Shown: piece by piece, positions 23,803 to 35,661 of the stretch
Numbering within the stretch: position 1 is the stretch's first letter
Layout: the number at the start of each line of letters is the position of its first letter
Source: Blastocladiella emersonii ATCC 22665
Lineage: Eukaryota > Fungi > Blastocladiomycota
DNA length: 64,000 bases
Reading direction: 5' to 3'
NCBI GenBank assembly: GCA_025594325.1
Contig: JANHCV010000003.1
Span: 1,302,001-1,366,000 of the forward strand
Notes under the pieces: model-generated
The model's input: the letters and a program-made list of their open reading frames with translations, nothing else
Told to the model about the DNA's origin: nothing
Databases searched by the model: none
Position numbers and translations under genes: made by a program

Positions 23803-25662
23803 TTAAGCCCGATGGATTGTCGAATGGAGATCGTCTTCATCACTCCCCTCCTCGCTCTCCTCCTCCTCGCCGTCCTCCCCCGCCGCCGAGTACTCCGACT
23901 CGGACCCAGATCCCGCCTCAGCCGCTGCAGCGTTGAACACCGGCCCACCGCTGCTCGCTGCCCGCGCTCCCGCGCTCTTCGCCGGCGCGGGCGCGAGCCC
24001 CTGGACCCCACCCGCCGCCGCCGCCGCCGCCGCGGGGCTCGCCTCAACACGTCGCCGCTTCCCCTCGCGGGTCCGCGCGTCGACGGCGGCGTGCTCGACC
24101 CATCCGGACGCGAGATCGACGTCGCCGGCGTACGCGCCGTCGCGCGGAGTTCTGCCGCGGACGTGGACGGCGTCAACGTGGCGGTCGAGGTCGTAGGCGC
24201 GGAGGAACCGGCGCGAGCACTGGGTGCAGGGGAACTTGCGGCGGACGTCGATGCCCGTGAGCTCGACGAGGAGGTCGGCCGCCGGGTGCGGTGCGGGCGC
24301 GGCGCCGTCGGCCTTGTCGGGGTCGGGGTCGGCGGCCGTGGCCGAGAGCTTCCGCTTGCGCTGCTGGCGGAGCTCGCGGTGGTTGACGTGCACGGCGAGG
24401 AGGTGGCGCTCGAGGAACGAGCGGTTGGCAAAGGACCGGCCGCACTCGGGGCACTCGAACGGCTTGACGCCCTGGTGCACGGTCAGAACGTGCTTGCGCA
24501 GGTTCGACTTGGTCGACAGCACCGACTCGCACCCGGGCTCGGTGCACGGGTACGACGGCGGCGGCATCACGACCACGGCGGTCGTCGCCGTCGTCGGCGG
24601 CGGCGCGCCCTTACCAGCATCACCGGCGCTAGCGGGAACAGCGGGCACCGTGACGGCGACGGGGACCGGGTGCTGGGTGCGGACGTGGGTCTGGAGCCCC
24701 CACCGCGACTTGAGGACCTTGCTGCACACGGGGCAGACGAGGGCGGTGGCCTCGGCGGCGTGGCCGGTGCGCAGGTGGGTCTGGAGGGCGGACCAGGTCT
24801 CGAAGGCGAGGCCGCACGCGTCGCGGGTGCACAGGTACGACTTCGGGTTCTCGTGGCGGCCGAGGTGCTTGTTGAGCTTGGACGGGGTCGGGAACGACTT
24901 TTCGCACGCGGGCCAGGTGCACGGGTACAGGGCGGTGCCGGCGTGGTCGGCGGCGTGGCGGCGCAGCTGCGTGTGCTTGGCGAAGGCGGCGGCGCACCCG
25001 GGCTCGGCGCAGGTGAAGGGCTTCGGGGTGTCGTGGCGCTGCTCGTGGTCCTTGAGCTGGTGCTTGTGCCGGAACCGCTTGCCGCACCCGTCGCGCGGGC
25101 ATGCGTGCGGCTTCGGGTTCTCGTCGTCGTGCAGCGACGCGTGCTGCTGCAGCGTGCGCTGCCGCGCGAAGCCCTTGTTGCACACGGGGCAGACGAATGG
25201 GCGCTACAGAGGTTTGGTGTTAGTCGGCGCTCGCGATACGGAGGGTGGACCGCATACCTCGCCAGTGTGGGTCCGAATGTGATCGTTGAGCACCGACTTG
25301 CGGCTGTACACCTTGCCGCAGCCCTCGAACGGGCACGGGAGCGGGATACCCTTGGCGCGGGCCGACGCCGACGAGGCTGTCGTGGATGCGGCGCTGCTGC
25401 TGCTGGCGGCCCACTCGGCCGTCGAGGCAACGCTCGACGGAGCGCTGGTGCCGGCCGGCGTCGGCAGGGCGACCGAGGGCGACAGGGTGCGCACTGACAG
25501 CGAGGGGCTGGGCGACGGGCGCGGGGTCGTCGGGACCAGGGCGCCATGGTGGTGCGGCGAGGAGGTCGTGCTCGGGACGGTGACGACCCGCTGCGGGGCA
25601 GCCCGGGCCGCGGCGGCTGCCACGTTGATCTGGACGACCTGGACGGTCGGCGGTGGATTCAT
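23803..25662 (-). CDS. PZF1: Transcription factor IIIA-like C2H2 zinc-finger protein (10 fingers), join(25258..25662,23803..25203), ~601 aa
   Basis: Nine clustered C2H2 fingers plus a spaced tenth, CTQCSRRFLRAYDLDRH, which matches the fungal TFIIIA last-finger motif RxYDLxRH. 54-nt intron 25204-25257; acidic tail. Confidence 0.75.
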
Positions 25663-25926
25663 TGCACCGAGTGTGGGGTCCAGCGACGGGGGAGAGGGAG
25701 AGCGAGCGCTCAGGGACTGATCCGAGCCGTGGTCGAGACCGGAGACAGAGCCGATGGGTGTGGCAGGCGGACCACGCCGTGGCGCAACGCTCTCCTGTTC
25801 GCCGCGGTTCGCGTAGTCGTTGTCGCCGCTCGTCGCCGCCGTCGCGCGCCCCTCGACTGCCGCGATCCCCGCTCCCGACTCCACCCGGAACGCAACGCAA
25901 TCCACGCAACGCAACGCATCAACGCC

Positions 25927-27449
25927 ATGAGCCGCATCAACTACTCCAAGTGGGACAACATCGAGCTGTCGGACGACGAGGACGTGGAGGTGCACCCGAA
26001 CGTCGACAAGAAGTCGTTCATCCGGTGGCGCCAGCAGAAGATCCACCAGGACCGCGCCGAGCGCGAGCACGGCATCGCCCAGTACACGACGCAGCTCGCC
26101 TGGCTCGACGAGTACCTGACGATCCTCGAGGCCTTCCCCGACCCGCCCAAGGACACGATTGACCGCGCCCACGCCCACCTCGCCAAGTTCGCCAACGTCC
26201 CCGAGCAGCTGCAGTTCACGCGCGTCGTCAACTCGCCCAAGGCCTTTGCCGCCTTCCGCGACCAGGTCCGTGCCCACCGCGCCACCCTCGTCAAGGAGCG
26301 CCAGCGCCTGCTCGACGAGGACGCCAAGCACCTGTCCGTCGACAAGATCAGCAAGCCCGGCTTCGACTCGACGGTACGCTGCTCGGCTCGGGTGCGCGAC
26401 CGCTCGAGACTGACGCGTCGATCCTCGTCATTTAGCGCGTCAACTCTGGCAAGTCGGCCGAGCCACCAAAGACCGCTGCTGCTGCTGCTTCCGCCACCGG
26501 CAAGGCGCCCGCGGCGGCCAAGGGCAAGGCGACGGCGACCACGGTCGAGGTGCTGAACCCGACGGCCGCCGCCAAGGGCAAGGCCGCGCACGCCAAGGAG
26601 GCCGCGACGGCGAAGCGCGCGCCCGAGGACAAGTACATTACGTCCGACGACGCGCTCGCCTACGCGAACCTCGACACCTCCGACTACCCGGCCATGTACT
26701 CGTTCCTGCGCGACCACCCGCACCTCGTCTCCTCGTCCGTGAGCGACGAGATCCTGGCCGCGGCGTTCCAGTGCGAGATGGACGGGAAGCCCGCCAAGAC
26801 CAAGCGGTACGTGCACCAGTCGCAGGTGCTGTCCTTCTGCCTCAAGCTCGGCGCCAACGGCGCGCCCATGTTCTTCTCCAAGATCGCCGACCCGAGCCAC
26901 CAGGCCTCGCGCATGTTCCGCGACGAGTGCGCCGCCACCCTCGCCCACATCCAGAAGCGCTCGCAGGTGCTCCGCGCCAAGGCCAAGGGCCAGCTCGTCT
27001 CGTCCATTGACCTCGAGCCCAAGGGCAACAAGATGGACGTGTTTCGCGACCTGCCGACGGAGCTGCAGCAGGCGCTGCTGACCGAGGACCTGGACAAGGT
27101 CGACGCGGTCCTCGCGGCCAAGTCCGAGACCGAGCGCGCCCGCCTGCGCAAGGCGTGCGTCGACGCTGGGATCCTGCGCGACCCCGACGTCAAGGTCGCC
27201 GACGGCGAGCTGTCCGTGTCCGAGGAGGAGAAGCTGCGCCTGTTCAAGTCGCTGCCCGCCGAGTTTGGCGAGGCCCTGCTCGCGGGCAACCTCGAGCACG
27301 CCAACGTGCTCCTCACGGGCTACGACGAGGCCGAGGCCGAGCGCGTCCTCGACGTCTGCAAGCGCGGCGGGTTCCTCGAGTTTGAGGAGGACGACGACGA
27401 GGAGGAGGGCGAGCAGCAGCAGTCGGGGATCCAGGAGGTCGCCGAGTAG
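25927..27449 (+). CDS. CDC37: Hsp90 co-chaperone Cdc37, join(25927..26373,26436..27449), 486 aa
   Basis: MSRINYSKWDNIELSDDEDVEVHPNVDKKSFIRWRQQKIHQDR is the canonical Cdc37 N-terminus; middle domain FLRDHPHLV...YVHQSQVLSFC; C-terminal domain FxxLPxELQ. Confidence 0.95.
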
Positions 27450-27596
27450 TGTTGTTCAAGTCACAAGTCAATTTTGTTCCTGATCTGTATCATTTGGCTC
27501 TACACGGCATACACTGTACGTCGCGTGGCCAGACACAAATAACATGAAATGGGCCCTGGGGTGGGCTCCAAGGGGAAGGGTGGGAGGGAAATTGGG

Positions 27597-30500
27597 TTAC
27601 AAGACCTGCGACGCGTTCTGTCCACGTTGACGCTCGAGCGCACGCTTCCGACGCGTCGCGCGGTTGCGCTTACGACGTCGACGGTACGCCTGCTCCTGCA
27701 CGTCCTTGGTCTCGAGCTGACTCGGGTCCAAGGTCTGCCCGAGCACGCTCGCCTCGCGGACGGCTGCGCGCGCCTTCTTGGCCTTGAGGCGCTTCGCCTC
27801 GGCCACCGCCGTCGCCCGAGGAACGCCCACGCGCCGCACGCCCGAGACCACCGTGTTACCCGACGTCACAGCAGCGGGTCGGACGAGCGAGGTAGAAGTC
27901 GAGAGCGACTTGGGGTTGGTGGTGAGCTTGGACTGGGAAGCGGGGGCCGAGGAACTTGGTGAAGATGATGCCGAGGCCGAGGAACTTTGTGAAGATGATG
28001 CCGAGGCCGAGGAACTTGGTGAAGATGATCCTGAGGCCGAGGAACTTGGTGAAGATGATGCCGAGGGCTCCGCGACCTCGTCGTCCTCGTCAAAGTGCAG
28101 CAGGTGCGAGTTGAAGAGGAGGATGTTCATGGCGGCGTTGCGGTCGCGGTTGAAGGCCTTGCCACACGACCTGCACGTCTTCTTGTTCCAGTCGTCGGCC
28201 TGCACGAGGTCGCACTTGTGGTTCTTGCCGTTGTCGGCCGCCACGGCAGCGCACGCGCAGCACCGCTTGGACGTGTACGCCTCGTTGACGACGTGGATGT
28301 CGACGCCGCGCTTGCGCATTTCGCGGATCATCTCCTTAACCGGGCCCTTGTGCGACTTCTTGATTGCGCCGAAGTTGTTGGCGTGGCCAATGAGCACGAC
28401 CGCGTCGTGGAACGAGTTGGCGAGGTCGGACCACCACTTCTGGCGCCGCGAGCCCGAGAAGAACCGGCGGCGCTTGCGCGACTTGCGGTCGCCAAACTCC
28501 TGGAGCTGCGCCGCGTGCTTGAGCTCGGCCTCGAGGATCTTGTCCTGGTCGCGCGACATGTACGCCTCCGACAGCTCGACGAGGGCCGGCTCGACGCCCC
28601 ACTTCTTGGCCGCGTCGACGTGGTCCTTGGCCGCCCGAACGGCGCCCGTCTGGTACTGGAACTGCGCGCTGGTGATCTGCGCGTACGTGGCCTTGCCCTC
28701 GGTGTCCATGTTGGTGGCGATGTCGAGGACCTCCTGCTTGAAGTCGGCCGAGTCCGCGTGCGCCGACCGTTGGGCGCGGGCCCGCCGGTCACGCATGCGC
28801 TTGGCCTGCTTGTACGTCACCGCGAGACCCGAGATGAAGAAGCCGACACCCGGGTCAATGACGATCACGTACTGGCCGCGCCGGACCCGGATCTTGACGT
28901 TCTTGACGGCAAACTCCTTGGGGTCCTTGACCTCCTCGTCGTTGGCGTCGTCCTCGTGGGCGTCGACCATGCCGCACGCCGTCTCGAGCAGCTCCTCCTC
29001 GTCCGACTTGTACTCCTCGTTGGCCTCCTGCTGGTCGCCCTGCCGCCCGATCTCCTGCTCGGCCTCCTGCTGGTCAACGGTGCCGTTGTCGCTGCCGCGG
29101 GAGCGCGAACCCGACTTGGCCTTGCGGGCCGCGCCGAACGACTTTTCGATCTTGGTCGGGATGCCACCCTTGGTCATGATGAGGTGCAGGGCGTAGCCGT
29201 CGGTCTTGAAGGTGCCCGAGAACCAGTTGATGAACCGCCGGTTCAGGCCGTCCCACCGCCACAGCAGCCACGGCTCGAAGATCTGGGCCGCGAACTCGAG
29301 CTGGTAGTCCCACGTCCGCTTGTTGAAGGCGACGCCCACCCTGCACGCCGCGTCGAACAGCTCGCGGTCTTCGTCCTCCAACGCGCCGAACAACTGCGCG
29401 CTCGGCTCGGCGCCCGTTGGGTTCTCGACGCCGAGGTACGCGAGGATGTGCGCGCGCCGGTGAGCGGGGACGAGCGTGACGATGCGCGCCGTGGTTGCCG
29501 TCGCCGCGGATGCGATGGCGGATGGCGAGCGAGGTGGCGAACTTAGGGGCGAGCGTGGTGGTGTGGGCGAGCGTGGTGGTGCGGGCGAGCGCGGGCGCGG
29601 GGAGGCGGGCGGGCGAGGTGCGGGCGAGCGCGGGCGCGGGGAGGCGGGCGGGCGAGGTGCGGACGAGCGCAGACGCGGCGGCGAGCGAGGCTCGGTACCG
29701 CGCGGTGGACCGGGCGGTCGGGGTTTGGGTATCGCGGCCGCGGCCGCCGCGGCTTCTACTTCGTCGTCGTCGGGCAGGTCCTCCATGTCGGCGGCGCGCT
29801 CCTCCTCGGTGAGCGCGACGAGCGGCGCGCGCGGGGTCGGAGCGGCGGGCGAGGTAACGACGGGCGCCGCGGGTTCGGCGGGCGAGGTCACGACGAGCGG
29901 GGGCGGCGGGTTGAAGATGGGCGCGGCGGGTGGCTGCATCGGCAGCGGCGCGGGTGCGACGGGCGGCAACGGCGCGGGCGCGGCGGGCGGTAGCGGAGCG
30001 GGCGCGGCGAGCCCGGGTCCCGATGGCGGCGTCGGCAGCGAGTTGGCGCCGGTGAGGGCGAGGGCGGAGAGCGGGCTGAGGAGCGAGTCGGCGGCGAGCG
30101 GGAGGGCGGTGCGGGACCGCTTCGCGACGAGCGGCGGGCCCGCGGCAACGGCGGCGGGCGAGAGACTGCGACTCCGAGGCCGTTTGCGCTGGCGAGCGGG
30201 CTCGCCCGTGTCGCACTGCATGGGCTCGACGTCGCCCGCCGACGACTGCGTCACGTTCGCGCCCGACCCGTAGTCGCAAGAGACGAGGCCGTCGGCCATG
30301 AGGTCAATGGAGTCGATGCGCGGTGGGGCAGCCTCCGACGCGGTCTCGGACGGGAGCGACGCCGTCGACTCGGCGGGCTGCTCGAACGGCTGCGTGGTGG
30401 TTGCACGGACCGAGTCGAGCGGGAGCGGCGACCGGAACGCGTCGGAGGGGACAATGTACACGGAAAACTCGTCACACACCCACACGCGCGGGCACCCCGC

Positions 30501-30908
30501 GGCGCTGTCGAACTCGACTCGGGCGGCCGGGCAGTTGCCGCGGATCCACCCGGCGACCCGCACCGCGAAGAGGGTGCACGGGTCGCCGCCCTTGATCAGC
30601 GGCGCGAGGCCAGGGTCGGGCTCGGACGCTCGCGCGAGCGCCTTGGCCGACGGGTACGCCCACGAGTGCAGCGGCTGCTTGAAGGGTCCCTGCTTGAGGG
30701 CCTGGTCGGCGGGCGCGAGCACGGGAGCGCGGCGAGGTGGTAGCGTCTGCTGCTGCTGCTGCTGCAACTTGATGTACTCCCGGCGGATCGACCAGCACCG
30801 CTCGCAGCCCTCGCCACCGGGATCGCAGTGGCAGTGCGGGAACTTGTGGGTGCGGAGAACCTCCTCGAGGACTTCTCGCACGTCTCGATCGTCATCATGA
30901 TATGCCAT
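27597..30908 (-). CDS. Fanzor (eukaryotic TnpB-like RNA-guided RuvC nuclease), Fanzor1-like, with atypical N- and C-terminal extensions; 1103 aa, intronless
   Basis: FSGTFKTDG (aa ~569); RuvC-I VIVIDPG (D685); G at the canonical RuvC-II position (VVLIG, 841) with relocated Glu in VNEAYTSKRC (E876); CxxC...CxxC zinc finger (CCAC...CRSC); RuvC-III FNRDRNAAMNI (D922). Confidence 0.85.
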   Translation of the reverse strand: MAYHDDDRDVREVLEEVLRTHKFPHCHCDPGGEGCERCWSIRREYIKLQQQQQQTLPPRRAPVLAPADQALKQGPFKQPLHSWAYPSAKALARASEPDPGLAPLIKGGDPCTLFAVRVAGWIRGNCPAARVEFDSAAGCPRVWVCDEFSVYIVPSDAFRSPLPLDSVRATTTQPFEQPAESTASLPSETASEAAPPRIDSIDLMADGLVSCDYGSGANVTQSSAGDVEPMQCDTGEPARQRKRPRSRSLSPAAVAAGPPLVAKRSRTALPLAADSLLSPLSALALTGANSLPTPPSGPGLAAPAPLPPAAPAPLPPVAPAPLPMQPPAAPIFNPPPPLVVTSPAEPAAPVVTSPAAPTPRAPLVALTEEERAADMEDLPDDDEVEAAAAAAAIPKPRPPGPPRGTEPRSPPRLRSSAPRPPASPRPRSPAPRPPASPRPRSPAPPRSPTPPRSPLSSPPRSPSAIASAATATTARIVTLVPAHRRAHILAYLGVENPTGAEPSAQLFGALEDEDRELFDAACRVGVAFNKRTWDYQLEFAAQIFEPWLLWRWDGLNRRFINWFSGTFKTDGYALHLIMTKGGIPTKIEKSFGAARKAKSGSRSRGSDNGTVDQQEAEQEIGRQGDQQEANEEYKSDEEELLETACGMVDAHEDDANDEEVKDPKEFAVKNVKIRVRRGQYVIVIDPGVGFFISGLAVTYKQAKRMRDRRARAQRSAHADSADFKQEVLDIATNMDTEGKATYAQITSAQFQYQTGAVRAAKDHVDAAKKWGVEPALVELSEAYMSRDQDKILEAELKHAAQLQEFGDRKSRKRRRFFSGSRRQKWWSDLANSFHDAVVLIGHANNFGAIKKSHKGPVKEMIREMRKRGVDIHVVNEAYTSKRCCACAAVAADNGKNHKCDLVQADDWNKKTCRSCGKAFNRDRNAAMNILLFNSHLLHFDEDDEVAEPSASSSPSSSASGSSSPSSSASASSSQSSSASASSSPSSSAPASQSKLTTNPKSLSTSTSLVRPAAVTSGNTVVSGVRRVGVPRATAVAEAKRLKAKKARAAVREASVLGQTLDPSQLETKDVQEQAYRRRRKRNRATRRKRALERQRGQNASQVL
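27945..28066. repeat. 4 x 30-bp near-perfect tandem repeat inside the Fanzor 3' coding tail
   Basis: Unit GGCCGAGGAACTTGGTGAAGATGATGCCGA at 27945, 27975, 28005 and 28035 (0-2 substitutions each), encoding SASSSPSSSA-type repeats. Confidence 0.95.
29547..29670. repeat. 18-bp x2 and 39-bp x2 tandem repeats in the Pro-rich linker of the Fanzor ORF
   Basis: GCGGGCGAGCGCGGGCGCGGGGAGGCGGGCGGGCGAGGT at 29581 and 29620; GGGCGAGCGTGGTGGTG[T/C] twice from 29547. They encode PRPPASPRPRSPA and PPRSP repeats. Confidence 0.85.
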
Positions 30909-31120
30909 TGCGGTAGGTGGGGAACACGAGGAGAGCGAGGATCGAAGGCGACGGCGGCCACGAGTTTCGACACGATCGAGAGTAGACTAAATGATAAATA
31001 ACTTTGGATCTCGTAGGGGACACGGGGGGACGGATAGTTTTCAACAAGGCGAGCAAGCAACGTGGGAGGGGGGAGCGACAAAAAGTGAGGCAGTCAGATC
31101 GTATGGACAAGTCCGCTCGC

Positions 31121-32998
<1,878 letters not shown>

Positions 32999-33735
32999 TC
33001 AGACGAGGACGAGTTGACGGGCAGCGTGCTGAAGGGAACTCACTGGGGCAGCCGGGAGAGAGGCAAACGTTGTCAGGAAGTGCGTTACATTATACATCAG
33101 AGTTCATGGGAGTGTGCTCACTGAGGGAAGGGAGGCGGAGGGAGACAGGGCGGGAGATCACGGCGATTCGGTTCACGCGGGACGAGGGATGATGGGCGAG
33201 GAGCGGTTGCGAGACGGCGGGAGAGGCGAGCGACGACGGCGACGGGGAGGGACCGAGGGCGACAACGACGACGGGGAAGCGATACGGCGAGGGTCGAGGA
33301 GGAGGCGAGCGAGAAGACGGTACCGACCAGGAGCAGAAAGATACCGTGCCTGCTGTGCAAGAGCCCAACAGGAAAGAAGCAGATGGGGGAGAGGGGGGTC
33401 GGCCGTATTTAAAGGCGGGTGCCCCGCGGTCCCTCGCTGCCCGGCCCGGCCACGGTGTCTCCCGGGTCTCGCCGCGGAGCGGACCGGCGGCCGCGAACAG
33501 CGCGTCAAGCGTCACGTCGCGTCACATGGCGCGCTGCTGGGTGGGTCCACCCGCTCGGAGTGGCTTGGCCGCCCTTGCAACACTCGTCTCATCCCCCGCA
33601 GCATCTGAAACGGCTCTGATACATCTCTGATACGATGGCCTTATCCGAAGAACGGCGTGCGTGCACGCACACGCGCGCGTGATGTATTATTCGCGTCGAT
33701 GGCCACCACGGCCACCGCGGACGCGACGCGACGCG

Positions 33736-35390
33736 TCATGGACCGGCCGCCGTCGTTGAGGCACTGCTGCTGGCGACGGCCTCGGCCTCCTCCATGTCGC
33801 TGTCGTCGGACAGGACCTCGACGCCCGAGGCGCCCGCGGCCGATGCGTGTGCGCCGCCGAACGTGTCGTGCACGCAGATCGGGACCTTGACGCGGTCTTT
33901 GAGCTACTCGGGGGCCTGGCGTGTGAGAACCGAGTTCTCGCGGCGTTGGAGAGAGAACGCGTACCTCGTTGAACCAGGCCAACCACGCGGTCCACTCCTC
34001 GGTGGTCCGGAACGCGAACCCGAGGCACAGCGAGGGGTCGACGGACGCGAGCGGGAGGCAGCGCGGCGTCGGCGTGTGGCACGTCGCCACGTCCTCGGCC
34101 GTGGCCGCGAGCGCGGGCTGGGTAAAGTGCGGGTCGAGGACGAGGAGCGACTCGCGCACGGACCCGACAATGTACAGGGCCGATGATGGGCGACCGCTAC
34201 ACGGAGGTCTAGTGTCAGTCGAGTCGCGCGCGATGGTTCCCATCACGCAAGAAGCGTACCCGGCGATGCCTACCGAGTAGGGCGACTTGAGGCACGCCTG
34301 GATGAAGGGCCAGTACGTTGGGTGCAGCACGTCGATGCCGAGGCGGAGCGGGACGAGGAGCAAGAGCGGCCGGTCCGGATTCGCCTTCCACGTCGCGTGG
34401 ATGTCGGCGACAAAGACGGACGCGTCGAGCGCCACGACGACGGGGAGCGCGGGTGTGGTCTCGGCAGCGAGTTTTCTACACGGGCGAAGATGTCAGTGGT
34501 CGAGTGAGGTGAGAAGACCGCGCGCGTGGCGTACTTGACGGTTTGAGCCATGATGTTCGGGCCAAACTAGCGACGCGGCACGGTTAGGCGATGGTGAGGC
34601 AGCTACGGTACGAGTTCCGCGTACCCACTGGCCGATGGCCGTGTCGAGCTCCTGGCCCTTGGTCGCCATGGCGTGGATCGAGTAGGACGCGGCGGGGTCG
34701 TCGCGGAACATGGACACGATCTACACCCGAACCGCCGCGTTAGCCTTGTTCCATCGCGCAGGCGAGGAACAGCGAGAGCGCACCTCCATGTAGGCCGGAT
34801 TAGACGCGACCGTCTCGCCGTCGCGGCCGAGCTTGAAGCGGAGGAGCGACTCGAGGAGCAGCGACTGGCCGACGCGTATCATGCACCCCCACCCGCTGTC
34901 GGACGTGTACGAGGTGGGCGCGATGGGCGGGAACTGGTTGCGGTACGTCAGGCGCGGGCTACACCACCGCCTGCGTCAGTCGCGCCCTCCCGAACCAAGC
35001 ACGATGCGAAGAACCGCACCGTCGTGCAAAGTCGGCGAGAAACGCGGCCGCGTTGGCTCCGTCGAGCGGGTACTGGCGGCCCAGCAGGAAGGCCGTGTCG
35101 CTGGCGGATACGTCGGCGGGGAACGCGCGCAGGTCGGCGGCGCTCAGCAGGCCGCGGATGCCGTTCTCGACCTGGGTCAGCACGGTGCGCGCCGAGCTGG
35201 ACACGGTGCTCCACAGCGAGGACACGGAGGAGACGCCGTTGGGTGGACTGGCCGTTGTGGGTTGAGGAGGGGGACCTTGGGTGCCGTGCGGCGTGGTGGC
35301 ATCCGCGACGGGTGCTGGCGCCGATGGCGGGGTAGCTGCAGGAGGTTCAGACGCGCTCGGCGGCGGCGCGGGAGTCGGTGCGTTCTCCAT
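33736..35390 (-). CDS. ATG4: Autophagy cysteine protease Atg4 (peptidase C54), multi-exon
   Basis: LTYRNQF...[11 protein letters not shown] (catalytic Cys); YSIH; GQWFGP across an intron; [11 protein letters not shown]; [13 protein letters not shown]; LLVLDPH; VDPSLCLGF. Confidence 0.92.
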
Positions 35391-35661
35391 GGTTAGCGGG
35401 TCGATTGCATGGGCTCCAGTGTTGGCTGTTGGGGGAAGAGGGAGAGCGAGCGCAAGTGGCAGCGCGGCTTGAAAGTCCTCGCGGCCTTGCGCACTGCCTT
35501 GCGCACGGCGGCGAGAAGCGCGACGCGCGCGGCGAACGGGCACGTGCGAGTGGCGCGGCTCGGTTTCCCTCCGCGAAACCGGCGGTTTTCGTTGTTGTGA
35601 TCGGCTGTCTCCCCGCGCGTCTCCCTGCCGCCGTCGCCGTCTAACCCTGTCCGCCGCGACG

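Larger units (their letters stand above)
27488..30996 (-). mobile_element. Candidate non-autonomous Fanzor-carrying element bounded by imperfect short inverted repeats ending in TA
   Basis: TATCATTTGGCTCTAC at 27488-27503 versus GTAGACTAAATGATA at 30982-30996 (reverse complement TATCATTTAGTCTAC; one mismatch plus one indel). No transposase ORF lies inside. Confidence 0.3.

Noticed and set aside
27945-28066. 30-bp direct repeats as a CRISPR-like array beside a Cas12/TnpB-like gene
   Set aside because: The units are contiguous with no spacers, are a multiple of 3, and lie in frame within the CDS: a coding minisatellite.
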